From contig JAJEDY010000021.1 of NCBI GenBank assembly GCA_022821275.1, positions 6,016-70,015 on the forward strand: a DNA stretch of 64,000 nucleotides. The letters run 5' to 3'. Origin of the DNA: Candidatus Latescibacterota bacterium. Lineage in GTDB: Bacteria; Latescibacterota; UBA2968. Under the pieces are notes generated by a model that was not told the origin of the DNA, did no database searches, and saw nothing but the letters and a program-made list of their open reading frames with translations. Position numbers and translations under genes: made by a program. Positions 10,089-20,534 of the stretch are shown piece by piece; positions within the stretch are counted from its first letter, which is position 1, and each line of letters opens with the position of its first letter.

Positions 10089-10200
10089 GAAGGCAAGTTT
10101 GACAGGCTGAAGGCACTGCTGCGCGAGATTTTTCAATTCGACCACGGATATCTGGATTTGTCTTACACCGATTATGCATCTGAAAACCATTGCGGAGCCT
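10089..10200 (+). pseudogene. Frameshifted remnant resembling the N-terminus of a type III R-M Mod (DNA methyltransferase) subunit
   Basis: Reads KFDRLKALLREIFQFDHGYLDL then, in another frame, IMHLK; resembles the recalled Mod N-terminal pattern FxxLKxLLxELFQLDxxDLDFGIYRIM. No intact start or continuation. Confidence 0.55.
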
Positions 10201-10248
10201 ACTGGATCGAATCACCGTCAACCTATATTCTGAGGGTTAATATCAAGA

Positions 10249-13200
10249 ATGAGTGTAAATTGTTCAAAATCGAGAAAAGCTGGTAATAAGCGCATTGTGG
10301 CCCAAGCCCAGAGTCAAGTTCGGTCGTTCTTTGATGAACTCAAGAATGGCACTCAAAACTACCAGACCATCGCGAGCCTCGACGGACAAATTGCACAAGA
10401 ATACCGAGGGCGATGCATATTGGAACTGTTGCAGAATGCCCACGATGCGCTGGTGGATGTTGAGCACGATGACACAAAGCAGATATCATTCGTTCTGAGT
10501 ACTTCCCCTGAACCTGTGCTCTTGATTGGGAATAGTGGTCATCCTTTCCGTATCGAGGACTTCAAGGGTATATGCCAACTCGGGCAGAGTCCGAAAGATC
10601 CCGACAAGAGCGTTGGCAACAAAGGTCTGGGTTTCAGGAGTGTCCTGGAGGTGTCCACCTGTCCGGAAATCTGGTCCACAACTCCTACAGGAAGCGATAC
10701 TTCTTTTGTCTTTCGTTTCGATCCTTCTGTTTCCGATCAGGTGGCAACAGCAGCGCAAACCCTCGAAAAGCAGGGGCTTGATGTAAACTCGCCTTTTGAT
10801 CCGAAGATTTCGCTTGTCGACTGGTCGTCCCAACAACTAAATCAATATCGAGAACGCTTATCTGATACCAATCTCAATATAGAGTACGAAACCAAGAAGT
10901 TTTTGTCGCCATACCTGTTCCCGCTTACAATCGGAGGCGTCCTGTCCGAGGTGGAGCATCTACTGAACGCAGGATGCTCGACCGTCGTTAGGCTTCGCTT
11001 GGATGGTGGGAGGGTTGGCACGAGTGAGGAAGCAGTACAGTCTGTGAAGGATCAACTTCAAGAACTGGATGCCCGGTCAATGCTTTTCCTGTCTCACCTT
11101 GAAAAGCTTGTCATCGACATTGATGGCGAGCGACGCATATTGGAACGAGTAGTCGATTCGGAGGACGAGTTATCTGGTTGCCAACAGACATGCGAGCAGC
11201 GGTTGCTGGTTGGGAGTTCGGGGCCGACGCTCGAAGACGACACAACTCGCCAATTCCAGGTATGGACGCGCATCATCGGGGGAGATGAGAATCCGGATCA
11301 GGCAGAGCATATTAGTACCGTCGTGAAGCACTTGCCGAATCGATGGCCGGAAGTCCGCAAGGTTACTGTAGGCATCGCTGTTGAGGAAGCACCCACACCC
11401 GAGGAGGGAGTTTTCGTGATTTTTTTGCCGACGGAGATGACTACAGGGACAGGAGCGCACATCAACGCACCCTTCTATGGATCTCTTGACCGCCGCCAAA
11501 TCGACTTCAAAGATTCTTACAACAAAATGCTCCTCGAAAGCGTGCTGGATCTATGCCTCGACGCGGCCACTGGATTGATCTCCGAGGAACCCAGAGACTG
11601 GCGGGCACGGGCAGTGATTGATCTCCTCTCATCTACTGGGAACGTGGGTGGCAAGGATTGGCGGTTTATGGATCAACTACATGACCGTGCGTTGGAAAGA
11701 GACAACTCGCTCGAAAATCAGACACTGGTCCTTTGCGATGACGGCTGGCATATTCCGGGCGAGACGAGAATGATGCCGGATATTGACGGTAATCTGATCG
11801 GCACAGAGATATGGCGCGAACACGCCGAATTTGCTGTTATTTCGACTGTGCTCGATGAGCGGCAGGACGCTATTGAGGAATTACTCACGAAGCTTGATGG
11901 TTCGTCGATCCCCACACATTACGAGTGGCAGCGAACAATTGAGCGGGTAGCAAGAAATGTCCAGGCTCGTGAGATTGATGTCACATGGGATGATTTTTTA
12001 AACAGCTTGATCGTAGTCCTGCCTGATGACCTGCGATCCGAACCGTGGGGTGGTCGCCCGGATCCACTCGTTGAGACAAAATTCCTTCCCACTCAGGACG
12101 GGCGCCTAATCAGTGCCTCTGATTCCGCGAAGCTGTTCTTCCAACCTGTTCGGGGTGTTGACTCAGCCGCAGATCTCGTGGGAGATGTTCCTGACTCTGT
12201 CAAGCATCTTGTCGCTTTTCTCCACCAGAATATCCGAATACGCGAGGAGGGACCACAGGGGCGTTACACAGAAGTACAAGAGTTCCTCAGCGGTCGGTTT
12301 GTACGGACATTTGAACGAGAGGAACTCCTTCGAGTTGTTATTAGCGCACTGCCTCCACTACCGGTTTCGCACGGAGGATCCGAAACTGACCTCTGTGCAG
12401 AACTTTTTACTTGGACGATAAGTTTTTTGGTTAATGAAGAATTAGAAACTTTGCTGCCTTTGATCAAGCGCTTGCCGGTGGCCTGCCATGGCGGCTGGTT
12501 TTCGATGACCGATGCTACGTTCGGGCCTGGCTGGTCAAACCGGCTCGGCGATCTTATCTGGTCACTCGCTGACGAGTTGCCAGAGGACGCGGCAATTCAG
12601 CTACGCAAGACAGCCCTTCTCCCGCCGGATGATCCCCGCTGGAGAGTTGCTGTGAAGGACCGTGTTGAGTTATTTGCTCGCGCTGGCGTAGTTGATGGGC
12701 TTCGGCTACAGGATGCCGATGAGGTTTGCTTTTGGATGCAGGGAGACGGTAGCCATGAACTCCCGCCTACGCCGCCGCACGATACTCTGCAGGTAGTGTG
12801 GGACGATTGGCGCAACGCCGTGCACGAGCAGGCGGAGCCCTCGTACACGGGTTGGCATGAGTACACTCTGTCGGGGATCCAACTGCTACCCGAAATCCAT
12901 TATATAGAAACACTGAGTCAGTCGGGGCGACAGGCCCTCTCGTGTCTGCTACTCGCCTCGTTGGAATCTTGGCCGGATGACTGGGAGTCAGCCACAATCA
13001 GGAAGCCTAAGGGCTATTATTGGTCGCGCTCTATCAGATCACCGCTGAGTTACTGGCTGGAGACAGCGGCGTGGCTCAATGATGGCACTGCCGTCAAGCA
13101 GCCGCTTTCGCGCCGCTGGCTGGTTCCGGTGTCCCTTCTTCAAGGACAATTCGCCCGCTTCCAGCACCTTGACCCGCTATCTCTGGATCTTGCACGCAAG

Positions 13201-15723
13201 CTGGAGGCTAAACCTGAGTTGAAAGCAGCACTCATACGGCTTGGTCTGAATGCCTACCCGATGGAGGATGATCAGACAGGGCCGGAGTTGCTTGAAGCTT
13301 TGGCTGCTGCTTGGAACTCTAAGAGAGTGGACGATGGAGGACGATTCGATATGTTCCTTGGGCAAGTGCGCGACGCATGGCAGTGTCTCGATCCGGACAA
13401 GGGACTTCCTAAAAGTTTTCTAGTCATGACAGCACAGCGAACGTTCTCTACATATCAACAAAGCAAACTTGCAGACGTTTACCTTCCCGATCACGGAGAC
13501 AGGACTCGATCACTGCGGGAACATGGAAAATACATTTTGGAGATGCGCACGGCTGACGCTATCCGCTTGACCACGACACTTCTTGCCGCAACGTCTATCA
13601 GACGGGCATCTACACTTGAAGAACGATTCCTCATCAATGATACTGGCTGGGCAGGTATGATTGATGGAATTCCCCCCCTTGAAGAGACTATATATACATG
13701 GCTACCAACAACCCTTCTCACCATCGCTGCACATGGGGGGGCTCGCACTGGTGCTGCGACAGAGACTTGGCGCGAGGCAGCTAACAGACTCCGGCGCACC
13801 CATGTTTTGGAGTGCGAGACTATTGCCATTGAGTTGGTTGACGACGATCAGGTTGTCGCCTCAAGCGAGCCAAAGGCACAGTGGCTACCCGGTGATGTGC
13901 TGGCTATAAGGCGCGATGTAGAGTTTGCTTACGAAAGCCTGGCACCGGCAGCTCAGGCGATGCTTGACCGACAAGATCTTCTCAAAGACCTTCGACTCGT
14001 ACTGGGAGCACTTGATGGTGACAAGAAGCCGACTTGCGAGCAGATTAAGGCGGCGATGGAGCGAGCAGAGATCGACGCCCAAGATATTGCGGACATCCGA
14101 CACCAATGGGCCGGTACCACCAGCCTGCTACTGGACCGCATCCGGCCAGTATTGGAACTGCTCGAGATACCTACCAGTGGATTCGATACGGCTGCGATAA
14201 ACATCGAAAGCCTGACTAAATGGCTATCATCCAACCTCCAGCAATGGCCGGCTTCGGAGATACTGGCGGCAGCGCAGCGAAGTCATGACAACCATGCAAT
14301 GGGTATGACAGCGTGGCGTGTGCTTGGCGATGATGTTGCTCAGCTTCCCGCGTGGAACAAAGCTCTCACTAAGCTTGGAGACCGGTATGTTGCTGTCGAG
14401 AATAGCGATGCAGACAAACAAATAGAGGCTCATCTAGAAGAAGCGAAGTTGCTATTACGTGGTTTTGCTCGCTACGTCGCTATTGAGGTGGATAACCCAG
14501 ACCTATTCCACAAGATTGAGGCCATCCACCAGAACTTCAAAGGTGGCGAGGATTGGCCAACGCGATGGTGGGAAGTGCCGTTCGGAGCCATCATTGAGGA
14601 GTTGTGTACCAGCTACGCCGAAATCCTTAGTGTCGAGCACGACCTGGAGATGCTTGAAGGAGTAACGACTGTTGACGACTTGCGCGCCGCATTTCAAGCG
14701 AAAGGTATAGCGACTGAACCCGATCCGTACGAGAATGCCGATGCAAACAAGAGGAAGCTCGAAGAGGTGGTCCGTCAAGTTCACGATCTTCACCGGGCAT
14801 GGGTAGAACTCCGGAGTTCATCAGGTCCGATAGCATCAGATCCCGAACTACAGGAACTCGACACAGTAGCTTACTTGCGTTCCTTGACCGACGACGAACT
14901 GCTTGAGCGAGCTCTCAGTATCATCGGCGACGCCGATTTTGTCCAAGCCTGCGACGACTGTGTGAGTGTCGATGATATTCGTAAACGCCTCAGGCTTGAT
15001 CAGAAAGTTATTGATGCCCAACGTGAGAAGAGATTACAGCGCAAAATAGAGGCAGAACGCCAACGAAGGACATTCGAGGTTGCCGGTAGATGCTTTGAGG
15101 TTGGAGCGATGAGTTACCGCGAACTTTTTGATCGTCTCAGCAGCCTCGGTGATCCGGAAGGACCACAGGTGAATAAGGATAAGTTCACACCACTGACACA
15201 AGCAGGCCCAAGCGGCGGTGGTTCTGGTGGAGGGGGCAGAAAGGCAGTTAAAACCTCACATCTGCGTCCCTCAGCCGAACTTAGCGAGTTGGTGGGTATC
15301 GTTGGAGAGATGCACGCCTATCGCTTCTTACGTGCGAAATTCGGTAACAACGTCGTGACTTGGGATACGTGGGTTTCGGAGATCCGGCTGAAAGTCCGGT
15401 CACTGGTGAAGGGGGAACCAGATAATACGAGCGACAGCTACGGCTACGACTTTCAGTTCAGTCACCACGGCAAAAAGTGGCACGTTGAGGTCAAGGCAAC
15501 TACAGGAGAAGATCCGCAATTCGATCTCGGGATTAGTGAGATCGATGCGGCGACCGATCTTGCTCTGCGAGGTGAACGATGGCGAATTCTACGAATTCGA
15601 AATGCGCTGTCAGATCAGCCAGAGTTCGACTGGCTTCCCAATCCATTTGAGGAGAAATACAAGGAGCTTTTCCGCCGGCACAGAGGCGGGATGATGGTGT
15701 CCTACAGACGTAAGAAGACATAG
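10249..15723 (+). CDS. Sacsin-like GHKL/HSP90-type ATPase with C-terminal DUF3883 (NOV_C)-like PD-(D/E)xK nuclease, 1824 aa
   Basis: N-terminal ELLQNAHDA and GNKGLGFRSV Bergerat-fold boxes, HINAPF; C-terminal GE.HAY..L, GYDF, WHVEVKAT. Confidence 0.85.
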   Translation: MSVNCSKSRKAGNKRIVAQAQSQVRSFFDELKNGTQNYQTIASLDGQIAQEYRGRCILELLQNAHDALVDVEHDDTKQISFVLSTSPEPVLLIGNSGHPFRIEDFKGICQLGQSPKDPDKSVGNKGLGFRSVLEVSTCPEIWSTTPTGSDTSFVFRFDPSVSDQVATAAQTLEKQGLDVNSPFDPKISLVDWSSQQLNQYRERLSDTNLNIEYETKKFLSPYLFPLTIGGVLSEVEHLLNAGCSTVVRLRLDGGRVGTSEEAVQSVKDQLQELDARSMLFLSHLEKLVIDIDGERRILERVVDSEDELSGCQQTCEQRLLVGSSGPTLEDDTTRQFQVWTRIIGGDENPDQAEHISTVVKHLPNRWPEVRKVTVGIAVEEAPTPEEGVFVIFLPTEMTTGTGAHINAPFYGSLDRRQIDFKDSYNKMLLESVLDLCLDAATGLISEEPRDWRARAVIDLLSSTGNVGGKDWRFMDQLHDRALERDNSLENQTLVLCDDGWHIPGETRMMPDIDGNLIGTEIWREHAEFAVISTVLDERQDAIEELLTKLDGSSIPTHYEWQRTIERVARNVQAREIDVTWDDFLNSLIVVLPDDLRSEPWGGRPDPLVETKFLPTQDGRLISASDSAKLFFQPVRGVDSAADLVGDVPDSVKHLVAFLHQNIRIREEGPQGRYTEVQEFLSGRFVRTFEREELLRVVISALPPLPVSHGGSETDLCAELFTWTISFLVNEELETLLPLIKRLPVACHGGWFSMTDATFGPGWSNRLGDLIWSLADELPEDAAIQLRKTALLPPDDPRWRVAVKDRVELFARAGVVDGLRLQDADEVCFWMQGDGSHELPPTPPHDTLQVVWDDWRNAVHEQAEPSYTGWHEYTLSGIQLLPEIHYIETLSQSGRQALSCLLLASLESWPDDWESATIRKPKGYYWSRSIRSPLSYWLETAAWLNDGTAVKQPLSRRWLVPVSLLQGQFARFQHLDPLSLDLARKLEAKPELKAALIRLGLNAYPMEDDQTGPELLEALAAAWNSKRVDDGGRFDMFLGQVRDAWQCLDPDKGLPKSFLVMTAQRTFSTYQQSKLADVYLPDHGDRTRSLREHGKYILEMRTADAIRLTTTLLAATSIRRASTLEERFLINDTGWAGMIDGIPPLEETIYTWLPTTLLTIAAHGGARTGAATETWREAANRLRRTHVLECETIAIELVDDDQVVASSEPKAQWLPGDVLAIRRDVEFAYESLAPAAQAMLDRQDLLKDLRLVLGALDGDKKPTCEQIKAAMERAEIDAQDIADIRHQWAGTTSLLLDRIRPVLELLEIPTSGFDTAAINIESLTKWLSSNLQQWPASEILAAAQRSHDNHAMGMTAWRVLGDDVAQLPAWNKALTKLGDRYVAVENSDADKQIEAHLEEAKLLLRGFARYVAIEVDNPDLFHKIEAIHQNFKGGEDWPTRWWEVPFGAIIEELCTSYAEILSVEHDLEMLEGVTTVDDLRAAFQAKGIATEPDPYENADANKRKLEEVVRQVHDLHRAWVELRSSSGPIASDPELQELDTVAYLRSLTDDELLERALSIIGDADFVQACDDCVSVDDIRKRLRLDQKVIDAQREKRLQRKIEAERQRRTFEVAGRCFEVGAMSYRELFDRLSSLGDPEGPQVNKDKFTPLTQAGPSGGGSGGGGRKAVKTSHLRPSAELSELVGIVGEMHAYRFLRAKFGNNVVTWDTWVSEIRLKVRSLVKGEPDNTSDSYGYDFQFSHHGKKWHVEVKATTGEDPQFDLGISEIDAATDLALRGERWRILRIRNALSDQPEFDWLPNPFEEKYKELFRRHRGGMMVSYRRKKT

Positions 15724-15891
15724 ATGGCACAGCAAAACGATGGTGGGTAAAGATGGTCAACAAATGGATCGAGATATAAACGGAGCATGTGGAATCTTTC
15801 TACGTGCGTTCAGAGATAACTCCATGCTGCAACAAGCATGCATTGGCTAACACTTCTTAATGTAATATTTGTTAGAAAGGATCGGTTTATC

Positions 15892-16842
15892 ATGACCATT
15901 CAGGAGCAGTTGCACTACGAGCAGGTGAATGATGAGTCGCTGAGTTTTCTCAAAGCGATTGGCGTTGACTATCTGACGATCAATCCGTCGATGGATATGC
16001 GCGATGGCAAAGATCGCCGCGCATATTGGGAAGAGGTGCGAGATAGAGCCGCGGATCACGGCCTGATTTTGAGAAATGCCGCCAGCTATGGTTGGGATGA
16101 ATTTACTCTGGGTTTGGGAGATCGAGATGAAAAAATAGATGCATGGTGTATGTTTATCCGCAATTTGGGAGAAGCGGGCATACCCACTTTGGGATACAAT
16201 TTTAAGCCGATTGGCAATTTTCGCACGGAATCGGCGACGGGGCGCGGCGGCGTCAAATACAGCACGTTTGATTACGACGAATGGGCGCGCGAGCGCGTGT
16301 ATGTGCCCGACAAAGCTATCTCAGAAGCTGGCATGTGGGAAAATATCGAATATTTTTTGAAGCGCGTGATACCCGTGGCCGAGGAATACGGCGTGAGGAT
16401 GGCATTGCATCCGGATGATCCGCCCATTCCCGAACCGATGGGTGGGGCCGCTCGCATTGTATCGACATTGGAGCAATATCACCGCATCTTTGACCTTGCT
16501 CCCAGTTCGTGTAATGCCATGCTATTTTGCCAGGGTTGCGTGGCTGAAATGGGCGAAGATGTTTGCGAAGCGATCCGCGATATTGGTGGTCGGGACAAAA
16601 TTGTGTACGTGCATTTTCGAGATATTCAGGGTACGCCGAGAAGTTTTCGAGAGGTGTTTATCGATGAGGGGCAAAACGATATGCACAAGGCGATGCAAAC
16701 CTACAAGGAAGTGGGGTTTAATGGCCCGTTTATGATGGACCACACCCCCAGGTTCTGGCAATCGGGTACTGAGTGGGCAGGTCGGGCGTTTGCCGTGGGG
16801 TACATGCGCGCGTTGATTCAGGTGGTTTATCAGGAAAGGTGA
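15892..16842 (+). CDS. uxuA: Mannonate dehydratase family protein
   Basis: FLKRVIPVAEEYGVRMALHPDDPP, FCQG, IVYVHFRD, MMDHTP, RAFAVGYMRAL. Confidence 0.85.
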   Translation: MTIQEQLHYEQVNDESLSFLKAIGVDYLTINPSMDMRDGKDRRAYWEEVRDRAADHGLILRNAASYGWDEFTLGLGDRDEKIDAWCMFIRNLGEAGIPTLGYNFKPIGNFRTESATGRGGVKYSTFDYDEWARERVYVPDKAISEAGMWENIEYFLKRVIPVAEEYGVRMALHPDDPPIPEPMGGAARIVSTLEQYHRIFDLAPSSCNAMLFCQGCVAEMGEDVCEAIRDIGGRDKIVYVHFRDIQGTPRSFREVFIDEGQNDMHKAMQTYKEVGFNGPFMMDHTPRFWQSGTEWAGRAFAVGYMRALIQVVYQER

Positions 16843-16854
16843 AAGGAGGGCAAT

Positions 16855-17847
16855 ATGAAAAAGAAGACGGTAAGTTCTCAGAAGGTCGTCAAGGTTGCCA
16901 TGATCGGTGCAGGGGGGCGGTCGCGCAGTGTACACTATCCCTCGCTGAACGATATGGACGATGTCAAAATGGTGGCTGTATGTGAGTTGAATGAAGTGCG
17001 TATGATCGAGGTGGCAGGGGAATACGATATTCCCGCGCGATACACCAATTATGTGACGATGATCGAACGGGAGAAACCCGATGTGGTTTATGCCATTATG
17101 CCACCGCATCACATATACGATCTGGCGGCAAATATTATGGAGATGGGCGTTAATATCATCATTGAAAAACCGCCTTCAGTAACGACCGAACAGGCCAAAC
17201 AGATGGCGTTGTTGGCAAAAAAGAACAATGTGATTACGGGTGTGACATTCCAGAGGCGGTTTGCGCCGGTGATCCGCACGGGAAAAGAAATATGCGAGAA
17301 AAATGGACCGGTGCACAGCGCAGCGTCGTATTTTTATAAAAACGAAGTGGGCGGGCAACCCATTTACAAGGGGGCGCTGGAAAAACTGACCTGCGATGGT
17401 ATTCACGCGGTGGATACGCTGCGGTATTTATGCGGTGGAGAAGTAGAAGCCGTGGCGAGCGATGTGCGGCGATTGGATGCCACGTTTAGAAATATGCACA
17501 CTGCGCTGGTGAAGTTTTCGTCTGGCGCGACAGGTGTGCTACAAAATTGTTATATGATGGGCAGGCGGATGTTCACGGTGGAGGTGCATTCGACGGGTAT
17601 TTCGATGTTTGGCGATCCCGAAGAGGGCGGGCAGGTATTTGCCGATGGCAAAGTCGAACCGGTGCGCTCGCTCGATCCCTGGACACTGAGCGAAAGCGAG
17701 AAGCCACATGTCGCTTTTGGAGCTTATGCCATCAACCGCCATTTTATCGATTGCGTAAAAACGGATCAACAACCCGAAACAAATTTTGAAGATGCGGCAA
17801 AATCTATGGAATTGGTCGATGCGATTTACGATTCGCAAATTGGATGA
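16855..17847 (+). CDS. Gfo/Idh/MocA family oxidoreductase
   Basis: IGAGGR, IEKPP, FQRRF, DGIHAVD. Confidence 0.9.
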   Translation: MKKKTVSSQKVVKVAMIGAGGRSRSVHYPSLNDMDDVKMVAVCELNEVRMIEVAGEYDIPARYTNYVTMIEREKPDVVYAIMPPHHIYDLAANIMEMGVNIIIEKPPSVTTEQAKQMALLAKKNNVITGVTFQRRFAPVIRTGKEICEKNGPVHSAASYFYKNEVGGQPIYKGALEKLTCDGIHAVDTLRYLCGGEVEAVASDVRRLDATFRNMHTALVKFSSGATGVLQNCYMMGRRMFTVEVHSTGISMFGDPEEGGQVFADGKVEPVRSLDPWTLSESEKPHVAFGAYAINRHFIDCVKTDQQPETNFEDAAKSMELVDAIYDSQIG

Positions 17848-17863
17848 GATGTAATTATTAAGG

Positions 17864-17896
17864 AAAGGGCGGGATGCGATATATCCCGCCCTTTTT
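17864..17896. terminator. Bidirectional intrinsic terminator
   Basis: AAAGGGCGGGAT-7nt-ATCCCGCCCTTTTT between convergent genes. Confidence 0.85.
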
Positions 17897-17907
17897 GTTA
17901 TTGATTT

Positions 17908-18507
17908 TTACAACAGGTGTCCATTTCCTCGCGTTCGGCGTTTTACTTCCCGCAGGGTGGCGAGTGATTTTTCGAGCGCATTGGACACGGTTTTGAGGCG
18001 TTCATTGGGCGAGGTGCTTTCCAGAAGTGCTTGCTGTTCCTCAAGAGATAAGGTGAGATTTGATGCGAGGATGTATGAGAGTGTACCCAGTTCCATGGTG
18101 GGTATTTGGGGCGATATCCAGCCCGATGAGAGCTTCATGGCTTCGGAATAGAGTTTTTTAGCGCGGTTCCCCAAAGAGATGTCAAAGGCTTCGTCGTCGT
18201 CATCTATGTCTTCTACAAAGCCCGATATGTACGGATGGATATCGTATCGCTGGATAACGCGAAAGCGTCTCGTTCCTTCAATTAAGATGTTCATTCGGCC
18301 ATCGGGAAAACGATTGAGTAGGCCGACCACACGCGCCGCGCATCCGATGTCATTAAAATCGTCGTCTGTACCCCATACAAGACCAAACTCGGTGTCGTTG
18401 TCAAGGCATTCACCGATCATTTGCTTGTATCGCTCTTCAAAGATGTGCAGGGGAACACGCCGGTGTGGTAACAGCACCATGTCGAGGGGGAAGAGGGGAA
18501 GTTCCAT
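17908..18507 (-). CDS. LON peptidase substrate-binding (N-terminal) domain protein
   Basis: LPLFPL..VLLP..PLHIFEERY, DGRMNILIEGTRRFR, QQALLE. Confidence 0.88.
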   Translation of the reverse strand: MELPLFPLDMVLLPHRRVPLHIFEERYKQMIGECLDNDTEFGLVWGTDDDFNDIGCAARVVGLLNRFPDGRMNILIEGTRRFRVIQRYDIHPYISGFVEDIDDDDEAFDISLGNRAKKLYSEAMKLSSGWISPQIPTMELGTLSYILASNLTLSLEEQQALLESTSPNERLKTVSNALEKSLATLREVKRRTRGNGHLL

Positions 18508-18511
18508 TGGA

Positions 18512-19411
18512 TCAGGAGGCGGGTTTTTGATCGCTGTTTAAGAGAATATCGAGCAATTTTTGGGTGGCGATTGACAAACTGCGTCCTTTGCGAAAGAGGA
18601 TGCCCAATGGCCGCTCAAAATCTCGATCTACAAAGTGAAGATGTGCAAGGGTTTTGCGAGCGAGTTCTTGTTCAATGGCATTGAGTGGTAAAATAGAGAT
18701 GCCAATATCGACTTCTACGGCGTGTTTTATAGGGGCTATGTGATCGAGTTCCATGACGATATTGGGGCGTATTTTGTGTTTTTTTAAGAATTGATCTATG
18801 GCGCGCCGAGTTGGGGTTTCAGGGGTAAAGAGAACCAGCGGAAATTTGTTGAGTTCTTGTGGTAAGAATGCGTTGCGAGAGGCCAATTCATGTTCGGGAT
18901 GCATGGTCACGACCATCTTGTCCTGCGTAAAGGGCAGTACATCTACATTGCGTTGGGTGCGTGGATATGGCACAATGCCCAAATCCACTTCGCCATTGGC
19001 AACATCGTCATAAATTTTATTTACCTGATCGTATTGGAGACGGAAATTAACCCGGGGATAGGCTTTGAGGTAGGTTTTGAGAAAGGGTGTGAGTTCGAGC
19101 ATTCCCACGCTGTAAATAGATGACAGACGAACAGTTCCGGAAACCACTCCTCCCAGAGCCTGGATGCGGTGTTCCATTTCTTCGTAGCGTCGGACAATGT
19201 CTCGGGCGTAAGAATAAAAAATTTCGCCTTCTGCAGTGAGTGTTAAGCGTCTTTTTTCCACTCGTTCGATGAGTTGTTTTCCCTGGCGTTTTTCAATGCT
19301 TTTGAGTTGCTGGCTTACCGCGGATTGGGTGACGGAATTAAGGACAGCGGTTTTGGAAAAACTCTGAGTTTCAATCAGGTCACAGAAGACTTTTAGGCTT
19401 GTAATCAGCAA
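18512..19411 (-). CDS. LysR family transcriptional regulator
   Basis: SFSKTA...TQSAVSQQLKSIE HTH, LTAEGEIF, LysR substrate-binding domain. Confidence 0.93.
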   Translation of the reverse strand: MLITSLKVFCDLIETQSFSKTAVLNSVTQSAVSQQLKSIEKRQGKQLIERVEKRRLTLTAEGEIFYSYARDIVRRYEEMEHRIQALGGVVSGTVRLSSIYSVGMLELTPFLKTYLKAYPRVNFRLQYDQVNKIYDDVANGEVDLGIVPYPRTQRNVDVLPFTQDKMVVTMHPEHELASRNAFLPQELNKFPLVLFTPETPTRRAIDQFLKKHKIRPNIVMELDHIAPIKHAVEVDIGISILPLNAIEQELARKTLAHLHFVDRDFERPLGILFRKGRSLSIATQKLLDILLNSDQKPAS

Positions 19412-19664
19412 GGGCTTTCTCCATTATTTAAATTATAAGAGGATGTAAAATTGTGAGGGGGTGTAAATTAGGGCGGCAAATCTATAAGAAAATTGAAACT
19501 ATGTCAATAGAAAAACTGGTTGTAAAAAATATTTCCCGTTCTGAACGATGTATAGAAACAATGAATAGGGAACATTTTCTAAAATGCCAATTTTGGATTT
19601 GCCCTTGTAAAAAATGCCAGAACATCTTATACTTCAATTTGTTATCGCCATGTGGAGATCGCTT

Positions 19665-20534
19665 ATGAACTGGTTTAACAAGCTCAAATCTGGCATTCAG
19701 ACGCTCGTGCGCAAGCGTATGCCCGAAAATATCTGGCTCAAGTGCGAGCGGTGTGAACAAATAGTTTACCGAAAGAAACTCGAGCAAAATACGGGTATCT
19801 GCCCGCATTGCAAACATCACTTTCGCATATCCAGTGCCGAATATATCTCCGCTGTGCTCGATGAAGATTCCTTTGAAGAAATAGGTCAAGAGGTCAAATC
19901 GACCGATCCGCTCACATTTGTCGATCTACAACCCTATCCCGATCGGCTCAAAGAGTATCGCAAACGCACCGATATGGATGCCGCTGTTTTGGCTGGTGTG
20001 GGTAAGATTAATGGTGCGTCTGTGGGCATTGCCGTGCATGAATTTGGTTTTATGGGTGGGTCACTCGGTTCGGCTGAAGGAGAGCGAATTTGTCGGGTGA
20101 TTGACCGATGTATGCGCGATCAATTGCCTCTAATTATTGTGTGCCGATCCGGTGGTGCGCGCATGCAAGAGAGTATTTTTTCGCTGATGCAAATGGCGAA
20201 AGTCAATGCCAAGTTATCGCAATTTTCAGATGCGGGACTGCTGTTTATTTCCGTTCTGATAGATCCCACAACAGCCGGTGTAAATGCCAGTTATGCGTCA
20301 ATTGGCGATATCAATATCGCCGAGCCAAATGCGTTGATCGGATTTACGGGATCGCGTATTACAGGGTCTTCTGTGAGTGCTTCCGAGATGGAAGCTCTGC
20401 GGCAAGCACAGCGCGCGGAGCAAGTGCTCGAACACGGTTTTGTCGATATGATTGTTTCTCGAGATAAAATGAGAGCAACCCTGTCTCAGTTGATTGAGAT
20501 GCTGAGTAAAGAGCCACCCGAGGTTACTTCATGA
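19665..20534 (+). CDS. accD: Acetyl-CoA carboxylase carboxyltransferase beta subunit
   Basis: WLKCERC..CPHC zinc finger, FMGGSLG, SGGARMQES, DPTTAGV; GGAG RBS before ATG 19665. Confidence 0.93.
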   Translation: MNWFNKLKSGIQTLVRKRMPENIWLKCERCEQIVYRKKLEQNTGICPHCKHHFRISSAEYISAVLDEDSFEEIGQEVKSTDPLTFVDLQPYPDRLKEYRKRTDMDAAVLAGVGKINGASVGIAVHEFGFMGGSLGSAEGERICRVIDRCMRDQLPLIIVCRSGGARMQESIFSLMQMAKVNAKLSQFSDAGLLFISVLIDPTTAGVNASYASIGDINIAEPNALIGFTGSRITGSSVSASEMEALRQAQRAEQVLEHGFVDMIVSRDKMRATLSQLIEMLSKEPPEVTS

